From assembly GCA_903813345.2 (NCBI GenBank), contig CAIIXF020000001.1:41602001-41666000 (forward strand): DNA of 64,000 nucleotides, given 5' to 3'. A program made the position numbers and the translations under genes. Shown here in pieces: positions 39,458 through 53,000 of the stretch (positions are counted from its first letter, which is position 1; the number at the start of each line of letters is the position of its first letter). The stretch comes from Owenia fusiformis. Lineage: Eukaryota. The notes beneath the pieces are model-generated. The model was not told the DNA's origin, ran no database searches, and saw nothing but the letters and a program-made list of their open reading frames with translations.

Positions 39458-39616
39458 AAGTAAAACCTGTGTACAGTGAACATCTATAGAGCCACAAAAA
39501 AGATTTCAATACAGAGAGACATTTTGTATTGGAATCAAGGTATGTGCTGAAAATAGGGTGTTCATTTTACACAGGTGTTCACTAGAGAAAGGTGTTCACT
39601 AACCCAGGTCCCATTG
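39458..39616. mobile_element. Old Tc1/mariner (pogo/Tigger-like) MITE remnant
   Basis: TA flanks, degenerate AAGTAAAACCTG / CAGGTCCCATTG ends, internal GGTGTTCAC repeats. Confidence 0.4.
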
Positions 39617-39660
39617 TATTAGGCTTATGTCATTTCAAAGACATTCACTAGCTACACGTA

Positions 39661-40169
39661 AAACAAGGCATTAACATGACAAAATGTCACCACCTAGTTG
39701 AAACAAGATAAAAATACCTTTTTGACCTTGAGGAGGTCACTAAAGGTCAAATCTATTTTGACCTTTAGAATGTCATTTAATGATCAAATCTATATTCTTA
39801 AATCTTAAGAAGGTCATTGAAGGTCAAATCTCAAACCTTAAGTCAGATTTGAACTTCTGATAACTTATAGATGATTTTGAAAAAATGGTTAATTTGAAGC
39901 AAGTTGAAAAAAGACTTTTTCTGACCTTGAAAAGGTCATTGAAGGTCAAATCTTAAATATAAAGTCAGATTTGAAGATCTGAAAACACGTAGATGATTTT
40001 GAAAACAATTGAAGTCAGTCTATACAGTATTTGTTAATTATTTGAAATTGTAAGAATTTGTTACAGACACCAATTGCCAAGCTCCAACCACAAACCGCCG
40101 ACCACTGACCACTGTCAAAAAAGAACAGAGACCATAACAATATGTCACCACTTTTTGTTGGTGACATAA
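39661..40169 (-). mobile_element. HINE family B full copy nested in the Academ element
   Basis: SubTIR pair ATGTCACCA / TGGTGACAT, 3' end GTCATGTTAATGCCTTGTT on the minus strand, internal GACCTT..AAGGTC repeats. Confidence 0.75.
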
Positions 40170-40190
40170 AAATGATAACATGATATGAAC

Positions 40191-40436
40191 CATCCTCCTA
40201 AGCAGGTGTCCAGAATCTGTACCTCCTTCTTCCCCCTGCGATAACCAATTTGGACGCGCCTGATTTAACTGAATCACGTGATCTAATTATGCACAATGAC
40301 TTATATGATTTCTGTCGCAGTGTTGCGACAGCCAATCAGATTGCGAGTTCTTAATCGGGGAAATGGTAACTGCTTATTGCTGGGGGTAAAAAGAAAGAAT
40401 ATGTTCTGGATTTTGAAGCCCTGTGATCGGAGGATG
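40191..40436. mobile_element. 246-bp AcademH-like (or MULE-like) MITE nested in the AcademX element
   Basis: TIR CATCCTCC / GGAGGATG; perfect 9-bp TSD GATATGAAC (40182-40190 / 40437-40445); homologous to 749-999. Confidence 0.85.
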
Positions 40437-41901
40437 GATATGAACATGAAGTATTTATTTTTAGATGAACATGCCAATATGGCCAAGCCCTTCTAAAAAG
40501 GGAAAGAGGGGAGAGGTAAATTGACCCATATAGGCAAAAAACATGTTAGAGTTTGAGTTTTTTCTTTATGGTAATGTGTTGGGGACATGTTGGTGCTACT
40601 TTTAGGAAAGTTCCATTAATATTAAACTGAGATTGATTGAGAAATTAAAAAATCAATTCCAATCAATGTCTCTCAACCCCCCTAAATTCTATGATTTTAG
40701 GGTGAAAAAATGTTGCTGTTTTTAAATAAAGTTAAAATTCTTCAATTTTTTTACATATGCATTTCAAGTATGATTACTCTTAACAGAAACACCAAAAGAA
40801 AGAAGCATTGGTTGTTTAGTTTTTGTTTTATAGCTAAATAATAATGTACCCCCAAGAAATCTGAATTTTAGGGTTGAAAATGCAATTTTAACATCTTTCG
40901 CACCATTTGCGGCGCATAAGACCAGTAAAATCTGTTGAGATAGACCTAAATACATAACCTAAGTCACAAGAGAAATTGTCCCGACAACACCCTGATCGAA
41001 GTGCCTCAGATCGCTACCTATTTCCATCTATTGTGCTAAGCTTGAATGAATATTTGATGATTTCATTTACTGCATGGCCTCTACTAACCCTTATGAATTA
41101 TTTAACATAACATTTAAATTATATTTACATTTATATCTAATATACTTCCATTCAAGTTCAAAATAGTAATTCATAGTTCATAAATGATTCTTGAAAAGAA
41201 TGTATAGAAGTTATCATATTATTTACAAACTCAACTTGCAACTTGTTTTATGATTGTGTGAACTTTTAAATAATTTATGAATTATTTTTAAGGGCAATCC
41301 ATAAATTGAAATTTGCGTTAAATATGAGAATCATATCAAATCAGTCAAAGAGCTGACACCAGATGAATGTGAGAAAATAGCTTTTACTAGCAGTTGTTTA
41401 AAAGTGACATAATTCTGGTAATTGTGCAAAAATGTTACAATGGATTATACAAACGTTGAAAAACTTTTTTTATTGATCAAATAACAATTGTTCATTAAGT
41501 TATAACATAATTAAGAGGATTTGGACGAGATTTGAGATTTGATTTAAGGACTGCCAGTGCCTAGGCAGATTTCATAGTTTTAGAGGTTGGAGGTAAGTTG
41601 TTATTTTTTTAGCAAAATTAGTTGTAAATATTAATCTTGTGTTTGCACACTATATGTCTGTGCAAATTACAAAAATGGACTTTGGTTTCACAACTTCATT
41701 AGTAGCATCATATTGCCTCATCAAGTAAACAAACAAACAAGCAAAAAACAAACAAACAAGCAAACAAATAATAGAAAAGGAAAAGAAGGAAGAAATTACA
41801 AACATTCAACATGACTGTGTCAACTTCGTTTAATTAGAAGTTTCCTTGATGGTACCATTTACTATATTATCGTACGTGCAGTTGTAACATGAGAAATAGT
41901 A

Positions 41902-42221
41902 TTATGTCACCACCAAAAGTGATGACATATTGTTATGGTTGTTTATTTTTTGTGACTGCGGTTTGTGGTTGGCTTATGTAACCTTCAATAACTTAACAAA
42001 TACTGTTTAGACTGACTTTAAATTAATCTGACTTCAGATTTGAGATTTGAGCATCAATGACCTTCTCAAGGTCAAAAAGGTCTTTTTTCAACTTGCTTCA
42101 AATTGAGCAACTTTTTTCAAAATCATCTACAAGTTCTCAGAAATTCAAATCTGAATTAAGATTGAACTCATAATATTGCGAGCAACTGAGTGGTGACATT
42201 TTGTCATGTTAATGCTTTGTT
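41902..42221 (+). mobile_element. HINE family B copy
   Basis: TTATGTCACCACC ... GTGGTGACATTTTGTCATGTTAATGCTTTGTT; inverted homologue of 39661-40169. Confidence 0.75.
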
Positions 42222-43554
42222 TTTACAGTATTAGGAAATCAGGCCAAGAGCTCTTCAAGTTTACAACTGTTTTAGGTATTGTGGAGGAAAGAACTCAAAA
42301 GATAAAATATATATGATTATGAGATTAATTGTACCATTTTACAAATGTAGATATATAAACATCAAAGGAAGATTCTTTTTAGAGAATGAAAATGAAGTTA
42401 ATTTTTACGTTCACATTCAAAAGATCTAGATTATATTTAATGTTTCTTTTTCATGCCTGAGGAAAATTAATCATAACTAATAGATATAAATTGAAATTCT
42501 TCAAGTCATTTCACAAAACATACATTATTTTTTATAGACAATAACTGACATTTGAGTCTGATAGTACCATCAAGGGTCTGAATGACATCTGTAAAGTGGC
42601 AGATTGATGGTCCAACAATCCCTGACCATTCTTTGTAGTTTCAATAAAAAAATCATAATGACGGGTTTTGATTTTCCTTGTAACATTGAATTTAATATAA
42701 GAATGGTGATCTTTAATTTTCCCGATTTTGGTATTGCTCTATTTTTGTGTTAATTCTGGAATTTTGAAAAAGTTTATAAATAGTGGTAAGAGTTAGAATG
42801 TTTCCCTTTGATCTTAATGTTTTCTGTTGAAACCATCTTGAACAATGTCAATGTCAATCAGAGGGATCTATCTACATGATTAAACACTCGCATTTGTTTG
42901 AAGAGATTTTATTCAATTAATTTAACTTGTTTTCATGTGCCTCAGTGGTGGGGGTTCCAACTCTCAGGGCATCTTCTTGACGTTAGAACATCTGGTGGTT
43001 CGCTTTTTGAGACTAGTGAAATTAAAAAAAGTTCTCTGTGATTTATTCTCCCCCTGTATACCTAAGCCTAAATCCAGTTAAACATACATACTTACATATT
43101 CTAATTTTAAAGCTCATTCAAATCTGAATATTGAAATATCATTCTGGTGATTGTGGATAATTCTGTTATTTTCATCAGTTTGATAATTTCTTAATAATTG
43201 AAGTTGACAACCATTTTATTTGAATCACTGATGTGGTTACTTCTGAAAGGATAAATCTTAAAGTAGCAAAACTTCTGAAATTTTTCAATAATAAACAATA
43301 TCTTTTGAAGATATAGGTCTTATTTAACTTCTTAGTGACCACAAAGTGGAAATAATTTTACTTATTGGACAAGAAATAAAACCATCAAAAGAAGCCGAAC
43401 TGATGCAAGAAGATTATCACCATTTACTCTGGCTTTTCATGGGATAATCTACAAAGTTAAACTCCCTGAGATTTGAAACTCATTATTGGCATTTATTTTT
43501 GTAACAATTTCATGGAATTCGCACATCAATGTAATCAGACTAATTCAAGTGGTA

Positions 43555-43860
43555 AAATACTTTGGAACATTTAGATATATTTTGAAAACATAAATCATTC
43601 AGTTTGTTGTTTATTCTGAGTTTTGACTTGTTAGCCAAAGGGGAAGGAGGGAAGTTGGAAGTCTTAGAAGTCGACACTTTCCATTATAAATGTTATCAAA
43701 AGTTGGAACATTTTATTATTAACTAAATGTATTTGGAATTTCATCAAATTTAATAAAATGGAAAACTTTTCATTTGTTGTTTATTCCAAGTTTTGACTTG
43801 TTAGCCAAAGGGGATATGAAGGGTTGTTGAAAATCTTAGAAGTAAACATTTTACTTAATA
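43555..43860. repeat. Local tandem duplication (two diverged about 150-180-bp copies)
   Basis: TTTGTTGTTTATTC..AGTTTTGACTTGTTAGCCAAAGGGGA at about 43603 and 43774. Confidence 0.7.
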
Positions 43861-44453
43861 ATTTTTGTTAAAACTTAATAAGTCGGAAATATTTACTTTT
43901 CAGATTTGATAACCCAATTCTTGTGAAAATATATTGTCAACTTCCATTCTTGACTCTGCACATTGAGGCTGGAGAGGATCAAAGAAAATATAGGTACGTT
44001 CATTTTATTTGTCAATTTCTGTTAACTCTTTATAATTTAATGTATTGTCTTAGTTACACCATGAAAGGCATTTACACACTATATTTGCACATTTTTCATA
44101 TTGCCCATTTAACAATTTAGAATAGTCAGCAGATGTGTACATCACACTTTAAAATATTCTGCCTCTCTTATACTATGCTTTAAATGTGCATATAAAACTT
44201 AAGATGTAGAAGTAGTTTTAGTTTTAGTTCTGATACAAAATGTCAATAAATGTTATATATATATATACAGTTTGTAAAATTCAGTTGTCAGTTAACATGT
44301 CATCATTAGATTGACAATGCTAAATAAAAAACAGAAATTGAAATCTGAAATATTTTCAAGAATCATGTCAGTCCGTTGAAATAGGAATATTGACAAAGAT
44401 TTGCTTATCTTCTTGTGACCAAACACATGTGTTTGCCATTTTTTTGTTTTATA

Positions 44454-44522
44454 AGTATTTATATGTCAATCAAAGTATTTACATGTCAATCAAGTATTTA
44501 TATGTCAATCAAGTATTTACAT
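44454..44522. repeat. 19-20-bp tandem repeat (AAGTATTTAYATGTCAATC) x3.5
   Basis: Direct reading. Confidence 0.8.
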
Positions 44523-47500
44523 TAATTAACATGTGCATGAAAGGATTAATGTAGGCCAAGAAGAATGTATTACTTGAGTTTGAACAAGAATGCTTAAATG
44601 CTGACTAATATGTTCAAAATTGCAAAATTGCACAAGGTCTTCCTAATGAATCAACAATATTTGCATAGTTATTTCTCTATTGTTATTTTCTTCTCATTGT
44701 AATACTTTGAATTCTGAGCACCCATTCTTATACAGGTATTCATTATTCATTAATTGTTTTAAGAGATCATTAGGCCTGTTATGTGTTGGAAAGTGAATAG
44801 AGTGTATAACTATGAAGTGTTTAAGGAACATTTAATGAATACATCTGGAGGGAAGCCATGCTTTATTGTCACTCAAGAAAATGGCATATGTTGCCTATAA
44901 TAAATAAATCTTGAAATTGGTGATTTATTAAAGAATCTTAAATTGTACATTTCTATGAATTCAGAAGTTGTGCTTCGATTCATGTTTTAGAATTATATTT
45001 ATTCAGGTCATACCGATGCCCATTTCATCTTCTTTCTATGACGGATAATATAGAAATTGACATCGTACATAATGAGGATTTTAGACACAAATTTTATAAG
45101 AAGTTGATTTGTAGAATAAAGAGGGTAAAAATGTTATTTAAATCTATTAAGTCTAAAATCTTTCCACAGTCCATGTAAGTTGTTGCTAAATCTTAATTGC
45201 TAGTTTGTGAGATTATAGCCATAGTAAACACATTAAGGAATCTTTTTATTTACTTGTGCTGATGAATGGGTGGGTGATCAGAGTTGCATGTTTGTGAACT
45301 TCTCAGCGTAGATGTTTACAATATATTTGATTTATTGTTTTTCTAATCAAGCAACATCAATCAATCTGACACTGATATTTAAAATATTTAATAACTATGT
45401 TTAATTTACTTTTCATACATTTGTATTTGTAAATCATTAAATCAATACTTGATATTAATTTGAAAAGTGATTTCTTTGGTCCAGTATCAGGAGCAAAATC
45501 GGAGCAAATGTGACCAAAAAGTTTTGTAGTGCCATCTTTTTCAGTGTGATCTAATGTAAATTGTTATTTTCAGACACAAAAGCAATATGAATAAATACTT
45601 TAAATTCTGTGAAATTAAGGTGCTCTGGATAGGATCACAAAACCTGTATAAGAAGAACACCTTTGATACCAATTTTTCCAATTAGTGTTTAGATAGGCAG
45701 GTGTTGCATAAACAGAATTTCATTTCATATTAAGGTTACAGGTAACTAACTGTAAAAGGTCAGTTTAAACTCAAATATGAATAGTGATATCTATTAACTT
45801 AATTAGTTGCTAATTTAAAATTGAAATTGTATCTTTTATATAATTTGCAATTCTCTAATAGAGAAAATCAATAATATGGTATTACGAGGTCTATTAATGT
45901 ACAGGTGATTTCTGCCAGAGAAAGGCTCAAATAACAATTGAAATAAGATCGGGGAGGAGGGGGGAGGGGGGTCACTAAGAAAGGTTAGTGCTATTGTAAG
46001 CCCATATTAACCTTTGAAATGTGAATACAGGCAATAAGACATTCAAAAGTTCTGCACCACTGACTTTACTCTCTTGACTTTAATGGGTTTTTCAATTAAT
46101 AGGGGGTTAGCCAAGTTTTAAAGCTCACCTCTGGTAATTTTCTGTAGAAGTTTTATGCAGTTTGCAAATGATGTCCAAATATCAACATTTGTTCATTCAA
46201 TGGGGAGGGGGGGGGGGTAAAGATGATTTTATAAAATATTGATTTTTGATCTCAGGAATTCATTATTAATAGTCTATAAATCAATATTTTAAACTTTTAT
46301 CACATGAGGAGGGTAGGGGTCAACCATGACACAGCAAAAGCTTCAATGATTTTTCTACACCTGTTGACATTTTGATACCATCCCTTAGAGACATGTGACG
46401 GCCTGAAGCTATATATACAATGGGACACTTTGCTTTGTAAAGAAATATAAAAGAGAAAGCTAAATTTGAGACAATAAATAATGACTCCATGGACATATTT
46501 GAAATTAATCTAAAAGTTCTGTGGCTCATATTGATTCTATTTATAGATTTTTTCCGTAAAATCAGTGTTTTAAATATTTGTTTATCCTAAAATATGTGAT
46601 ATTGTTACTAGTATTGTTACATTTTGTCTTGAAGGTTTCATCTATCAATGATTTCCAAGGTATATTAAGTATGAAGTTTCATAAAATCACACTGGAAAGC
46701 AAATATGGTCATCCTTTGTCCAGGTTATTTCACTTCTTTGCATATTCCATATTCTGCAGAATTAGGATCACCCGATCTTGAAGGATGATTTATTGTCATC
46801 ACCTGTGGTCCTTTTTGATGGGTCAAAAGTTATTTATAATTATGATTAGATAAAATATTTATTTGTCATACTGCTTTCATATTATCCATTAGTAAGATCA
46901 CATATCAGTAGAATCCAGCTGATCCAGTTAGGGTGTCATTTCTCACTCTGCATGGTCCTATTGTGAAAATGTTGTTCCATTGTCATACTCATTATATCTC
47001 CTTTCTTACAATGGATAAACTCTGATGGATACTGCAATGATGGTATACCATGATGACATCATTACGGGTCACCTACAATCTTCTCCATTCACACTTTTCG
47101 TTTTTATCGCACCTGAACAAGAACATGCTATTGTGTTGACATCTTGTGCTGAGGGGCATATGAAACCTTGTCCACGAGATAGAAAGAAAAGCTTTTGGAC
47201 AAACTGGCTACTGGATACATACTTTTCAAAAGAGTAAGCCAAACAAGTTCAAGACCATAGCAATTTTAAAACTTATGAATGTGGAAAAAAACGAGGCTGA
47301 ACGTATCCCTATACTTATTTGATTACTTTGATTGGTTAAAATAAAAATTAGCGAACTTTTTTACAAGTATTTGTGTATTCATAAAGAAAATCACGGAAGC
47401 ATGCTTTGTGTGATAATCATTAATGGTAGGAGCATTCATTGTGTGATAATCATTTATGGCAGGAGCATGCATTGTGTGATATCATTTATGGCAGAAGCAC

Positions 47501-48894
47501 CCATTGTTGACTGATCTATTAATCTGTCCAGATATATTAAAAACATCAAAGAGATTAAAAAACTCAAGCATGAGCTGCTTTCATGTCAGCGCTCTGCATT
47601 ATGCCTTGAATGTAGAATGTGATTACTTAGCAATCAAGTCTAATCCATCTTTTGTGTTTTATTGGAATCCGGAATTGGAATGTGTTTATATTGATAGGTG
47701 ATGATTTAATTGTGTGTGGTTTTCTGGATTAATGTTTTTTTATAATCAACTTAATGTGATGGAATATCTTTATTTCATACAGTTTCAATTTTCAATACAT
47801 TTACAGTCACCTAGATATTTTGACATAGGCATATCAACATAGTAGTTTATTACATATGGATTTTACATTTGGTTCGTAGAAAATCTGAAGAAAACTATTT
47901 TTTATATTTTAAAGTAAAATAAACAAATTTGATCAAATCATGTATTTTTGCAATTTTGTGATTTTTAGTATTTTGGAAAATCTGATTTTCAGTTGCTGTT
48001 GAAAATGGTGAATTTTTACATAAGGTAGACCTAATTGAGAAATAGTAATCGGAACTGGACACAATAAAACACAATAAAGACATACTGAAGAGGTGTGACC
48101 GAGCGGTCAGTGAGTAATAGATCATGATGAAACAGGGAGATTACTATGTTAGGATAATTGACACCTGTATTGGGCCTAATCCAGTAATCCATGGAGTAAT
48201 CCCTCTGGAGTGCTTTATTAGAAAATGTACTTTCAAAATATATTTTAAAACAATTCATTGTGATTTCTTGATTAAATCTTTTGAAGAAAATGAAGTAGAA
48301 ATTATTGAACATTATGATGTAATAAATTGTTGAAAGTGCATGACGAGGAACAAAATATTTGTCATAGAATTGGCGATCGGGGATGGGGGTCAGGATGAAG
48401 AGTTTCTGAGGGGGTGGGGGTTAGGGGTCAATGGACAAAGACTCTTCAGCATTCCTTCCTGAAGTGCTATTATATAGACTGGACAGGCAGACAGTAGTCG
48501 TTAGTAGCAAGCTGGCACAAATGTTCACATTGATTTATCGAGTATTAATCGGCCCTCTAGATGCATTGAAGTAGAGCTAAGAGCAACCTGAAAGCTGATA
48601 GCCTCGGGTGGATTTCAATACGAGAGGAGTATTTAAAGAATGGTTACGATTAAAACTGTCTCTGAACAGTAATTTGATAATAATTAGGAGACATAGGATA
48701 CAATTATACCATTATTTGTTTCCTTTTTGGTCAGGATTATAATAAAGGGATGGTTTAGAACATGGATTGCAGTTTGGATTTTAAATGGCAAATGGAGAAA
48801 TACTGTAGGTTGAAAGGTTAGTTATTTGAAGTTTTTAATTTTTGGAGTTTGTCATCCTTGTTTTTTTACAGTAATACAGTAGTTTTAGTTTTTA

Positions 48895-49050
48895 TTATGT
48901 CAGTGGTAACATACTGTTATAGTGTCCAACTTTTTGTGGACGATGTTCGTTTGTTGGTGTTTAGTTTGTTGGTGTTTTGCTACAGTGTTTGGTGGTTGGT
49001 GTCTGTAACAAATGGCTGGTGGTGACATTTTGTACATTAATGCCTTGTTT
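48895..49050 (+). mobile_element. Short HINE family B copy
   Basis: Ends GGTGGTGACATTTTGTACATTAATGCCTTGTT. Confidence 0.65.
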
Positions 49051-49278
49051 GAAATGTTTTTGCTAAAACAACAACTGTATAAAAAGAGTAATGGCAAAAA
49101 ATAAAAGTTATGCCAAAGTCAGAAAAAGAAAGGATCCGGATTATTTTGAGGAAGTATTAGATTGATGATATTGTTATAGCAACTTTTTCTTTGACCCGGT
49201 GCATCCATAAAAATTGTAGGGGTTGACATATCATCATATTAATACTTTGTTGTATATGCAGTTATATGCCATGGTATT

Positions 49279-50077
49279 ATTATCCCAACGAACGAAGTTC
49301 GGTAGGGATATAGTGAAGCCCTCCGTCCGTCAGTCCGTCAGTCCGTCAGTCCGTCAGTCTGTCAGTCCGTCAGTCAGTCCGTCCGTCCGTCCGGAAGATA
49401 ACTCAAATACTAGTTGATGGATTTTCTTCATATTTTGTGGAAAGATGTATATTGGTTAATAGTTTTACGCAAAAAAAATTTTTTTCAAGATGGCCGCCAC
49501 TTTAAAAATGACGGGACTTTTTCGCAAAAATCATAAATTTTTCATTCTAAACCAAAGTAATTAATATTATTGTTTGAAATTTTGGTAGTATATTCGCAAC
49601 ATCTATCTATTTCACATATATTCCGTGTTTTTCATCCTGACCCCCAGGGGCCGTGTATGGGGGGTCAGGAAAACAGAAATTTTCGCTAATTTTTAGATCT
49701 TTCTGAAGTATAGCTTTATTATACTCAAATGAAAGGCAATTTAGAGTAGATTGCAAAAATTGTTTTTTTTTTCTGATTCGAGCCTCGTAAAATTCAAAAT
49801 GGCCGTCTAATGTATGATTTCGCAATAATTTTTCGATCCCTTCAAAGTATGGCTAAATTATACTCAAATTGAAGGAATTTTGGAGTAGATCACAATTATG
49901 GTATTATTTTTCAGATTTGAACCTCAGAAAATTCAAAATGGCTGCTTTGCAGGAATTCGCGATTCTAAAATCTAAATTTTTCAATTTTAACCAAAGTAAT
50001 GAGTATAATTGATTGGAATTCGGTAATTGATATTTTGTTCGTTGGGATTTGCTACTCCGCGGAGTTGCCGTTATCTA
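49279..50077 (+). mobile_element. HINE family A element (second subfamily)
   Basis: 5' subTIR ATCCCAACGAAC (49282), (CCGT/CAGT)n microsatellite, 3' subTIR GTTCGTTGGGAT (50037-50048), hairpin GCTACTCC-GC-GGAGTTGC. Confidence 0.85.
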
Positions 50078-53000
50078 GTATTGACTAGGTCCTCAGTGAT
50101 TCCATTATGTAATAATTATGGACTATATTCCAAGAGAAACTAATCATAAGTCCATGTTCGTATATGTAATTGATTGCAATAAGGGTGTTGGAATAAAGTC
50201 AGTCAGTCTGTATCAATAAGTTAATAGAATTTGTATGGATCAATTCATATTCATTAAGATATTGGAATGATTAAATATTCCTCGTTTTAACTCATTCACA
50301 AATATATACAATAGATCTTAACCAATTATAGCTAAATTGTTTCAGAATATTGAAGTTGAATTAATATTTTCAACTGAGTGCATAAGGGTTACCTTACTCC
50401 ATACAGAATGCAGAACATACAATGGCCAAATTATGGTAGATCATATCGGAACTAGAATGATGAGTTAAATAATGCAGGGATAATGTTAGACAAAAATAGA
50501 CACTATTGTTGGCACCTCAAGCTACGTAATCTCCATTTTGACTGGTCATTGAGCCTATAGTTTTGATTATTGACAAAAACAAGACCTAAATCGGCACTCA
50601 TTAAAGTTTATACATGTATTAGACTCCTTCAACAAACGTATGTGGACTTTGTGTTGGATCTGATATATTTACCAATGATCTATCACTAACAATTTGGAAA
50701 GGTGGTCATTATGATTTCAACAATGTCGTAGCCCAGGGATAGAAAGTATAAATCAAGTGAAATTAGCAACAATTCTTAGAGACTTGGAGTATTGGAATTT
50801 GAATAGTTTTCAATTTATCGTCTTTTGATTAGATGGTCTTGGTATAACAAGTTGAGGTTTAATTGATGGCATGCATATGGTTGTGACAAGAAAGGTTCAG
50901 TGTTGGTCCTCTCTATTTTAGGAAGTCTGTTATTTTATGGGTGTGTAATTATGGGGGTGGGCTTGGGGTGGATCTTGTCCCTGGGGCAGGTTTGATGTAG
51001 CAGCTGCCCAGCAGCTTGATGTTTGTCCCATTAATTCATATTTCCTCCATTTTTCAAATAGTTTCTGATTGGTTTCGAAATCTAATTGTAAATCATCATT
51101 TTTTCACAGATTTTATTGTTCTGAAATTAATTATTATTTTACTATCTGATGAGTAGAAAACCAAACCAACATTATTATGTCATTAACATAATTATGGAGA
51201 TAATGCCCTCTTAATCCCTTACTCTACTATACCCCAACAAGGGTGACCAAAATGTTTTCTAGCTTAAGTAAAAAACAAAGTCAATGACACTTGATTTTTT
51301 GCTTGATTATGTGACATAATTACGTAGTGAACATTTAAATATAAAATAATATACACACTACCTTTATTTAAATTTCAGAAATGGTAATATTTTTTCAAAA
51401 TGATGAATGTAAAAATTCTATTTGTTCAAAAGATCATATAGATGTTCAGATGCATTATTTCCCTGATCTCCATGGTAATCTTTGAATTATGAACAACAAG
51501 TATATGTGATGAAATATAATAAAGCTGAGAAATCTAATCAGTGATATTCTCCACATGCTTCATATGTTCAATGTTGATTAATGAGAAACTCATAAAATGA
51601 TGAAGTGAAAGCTTGGACATTATTTATCTCTAGAATCTATTCCATTGGCTATGTTCACTCAATACTTCTGTGCCCTGTGGGGAACGTAATGATATATGAA
51701 ATCAATAGATTACTTGGCAGTCGAAAGAAGTAATCATTGTTTTGTGGAATCTAGACAAGAGTATGCATGATTGTGTATTATTTTTGTTTATTCAGAGAGT
51801 AGGATTCATTTAAGCTCTTTGTTAAGCTTTTAAACCATCTACATGTAAAATATAGACATCGGGCCATAAGCTATTTTAGTCTGAGAGGCATTCTTATGAG
51901 GATTATTATTTCAAAATACAAAGAATTTTTATATCTGGTAATATTGGAGAAAAAACTTGACACGACATATCTGATAATCATCAGCTTTGCATGATGGACA
52001 TTTTAATTGATTACTATTAATTCCTGCATCATTTGCCTCATTAAAATCATTAAAAATTCCTGCTGATTCTCGATTAACTAATAACACCCTCATTTTTGTT
52101 ATTGTTTTTTTGAATGGTCAGATGTTGAATTCACAAATCTCCTAAGGATTACAATATTTTTTGTCATTTTGCATATATTTATATGAGATTATGTATACTA
52201 AGCTTGTGCGTGTGTTCACATCAGATTATCTTATTTAACAGAAAAATGTTCTTTCTTTTAAAAGATGAGAATTCCTACTGTGAAAATTGCATGTGAGGAG
52301 GTTTTATTATGAAAAATGTCACTCTTTGATGAGTATTTAAAAAATGTAAGCATTATAAGATAATGTGTAAACTGTATTTTTTTTATTAATTTTATAGAAA
52401 ATGCAAAGGTGTTGGGTGCATTCTAAATCAATTATACACTTGTGTTATTTTGTATATCACTGGCACGGAGCAAGGAGATGTGAAAAGAATTCTGAAAAAT
52501 GTTAAAACAATGTTTCAGTTCGGCATTATAAGAGATTAACCGTGTACTACAATGCATTACATTTCCTTTGTCAAAAAATCAGAAGGATGTAATGATAATT
52601 TTGCAATGTTGAATTGTTCCTGACATTAAGATATTTGCTTGTGGTTTTTGCAATGTGGCATTCAAAACAAGAACGAGCAATTCAAACAATCAAACATTTC
52701 AAATAACACGACATATTAAACAAAGCACTTAAACAAATAACAGACTAACATGTAATTAGAGTCAGCGTAATGTTTCTAGTCAAGCAAACAATATCACTAT
52801 AATTTGTGTTTTACTTCATTGAACACATGCCAACATAAAGCATCTTTCCCAGTCTTACCCGAGTGTCATTTATTTTTTGTATGTTACAGACAGATAAGCT
52901 CCCGACCAGTGATTAAAAAGTGAATTGATATCAACGGAACTCTCCACCAGTGAAAGTGAATTGAAGTTATCTCTGGGTTGGAACCAATGCTGTTGACAGC

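Larger units (their letters stand above)
35864..41020 (-). mobile_element. AcademX-type DNA transposon, internally deleted and decayed
   Basis: 5'-TAG...CTA-3' termini, 3-bp TSD TTT (35861-35863 / 41021-41023), about 523-bp TIRs (35864-36386 / 40498-41020), internal XPG/FEN1-like nuclease relic. Confidence 0.9.

Noticed and set aside
35929..40955. Identical 63-aa ORFs at 35929-36120 (+) and 40764-40955 (-)
   Set aside because: They are the two copies of the Academ TIR, not a duplicated gene
35866..41018. Reading the large element as Tc1/mariner with a TA TSD
   Set aside because: TAG..CTA termini with a TTT duplication and the XPG-like relic fit Academ better
47025..47237. 70-aa ORF with a possible donor near its end
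   Set aside because: No recognisable domain and no convincing acceptor or partner exons
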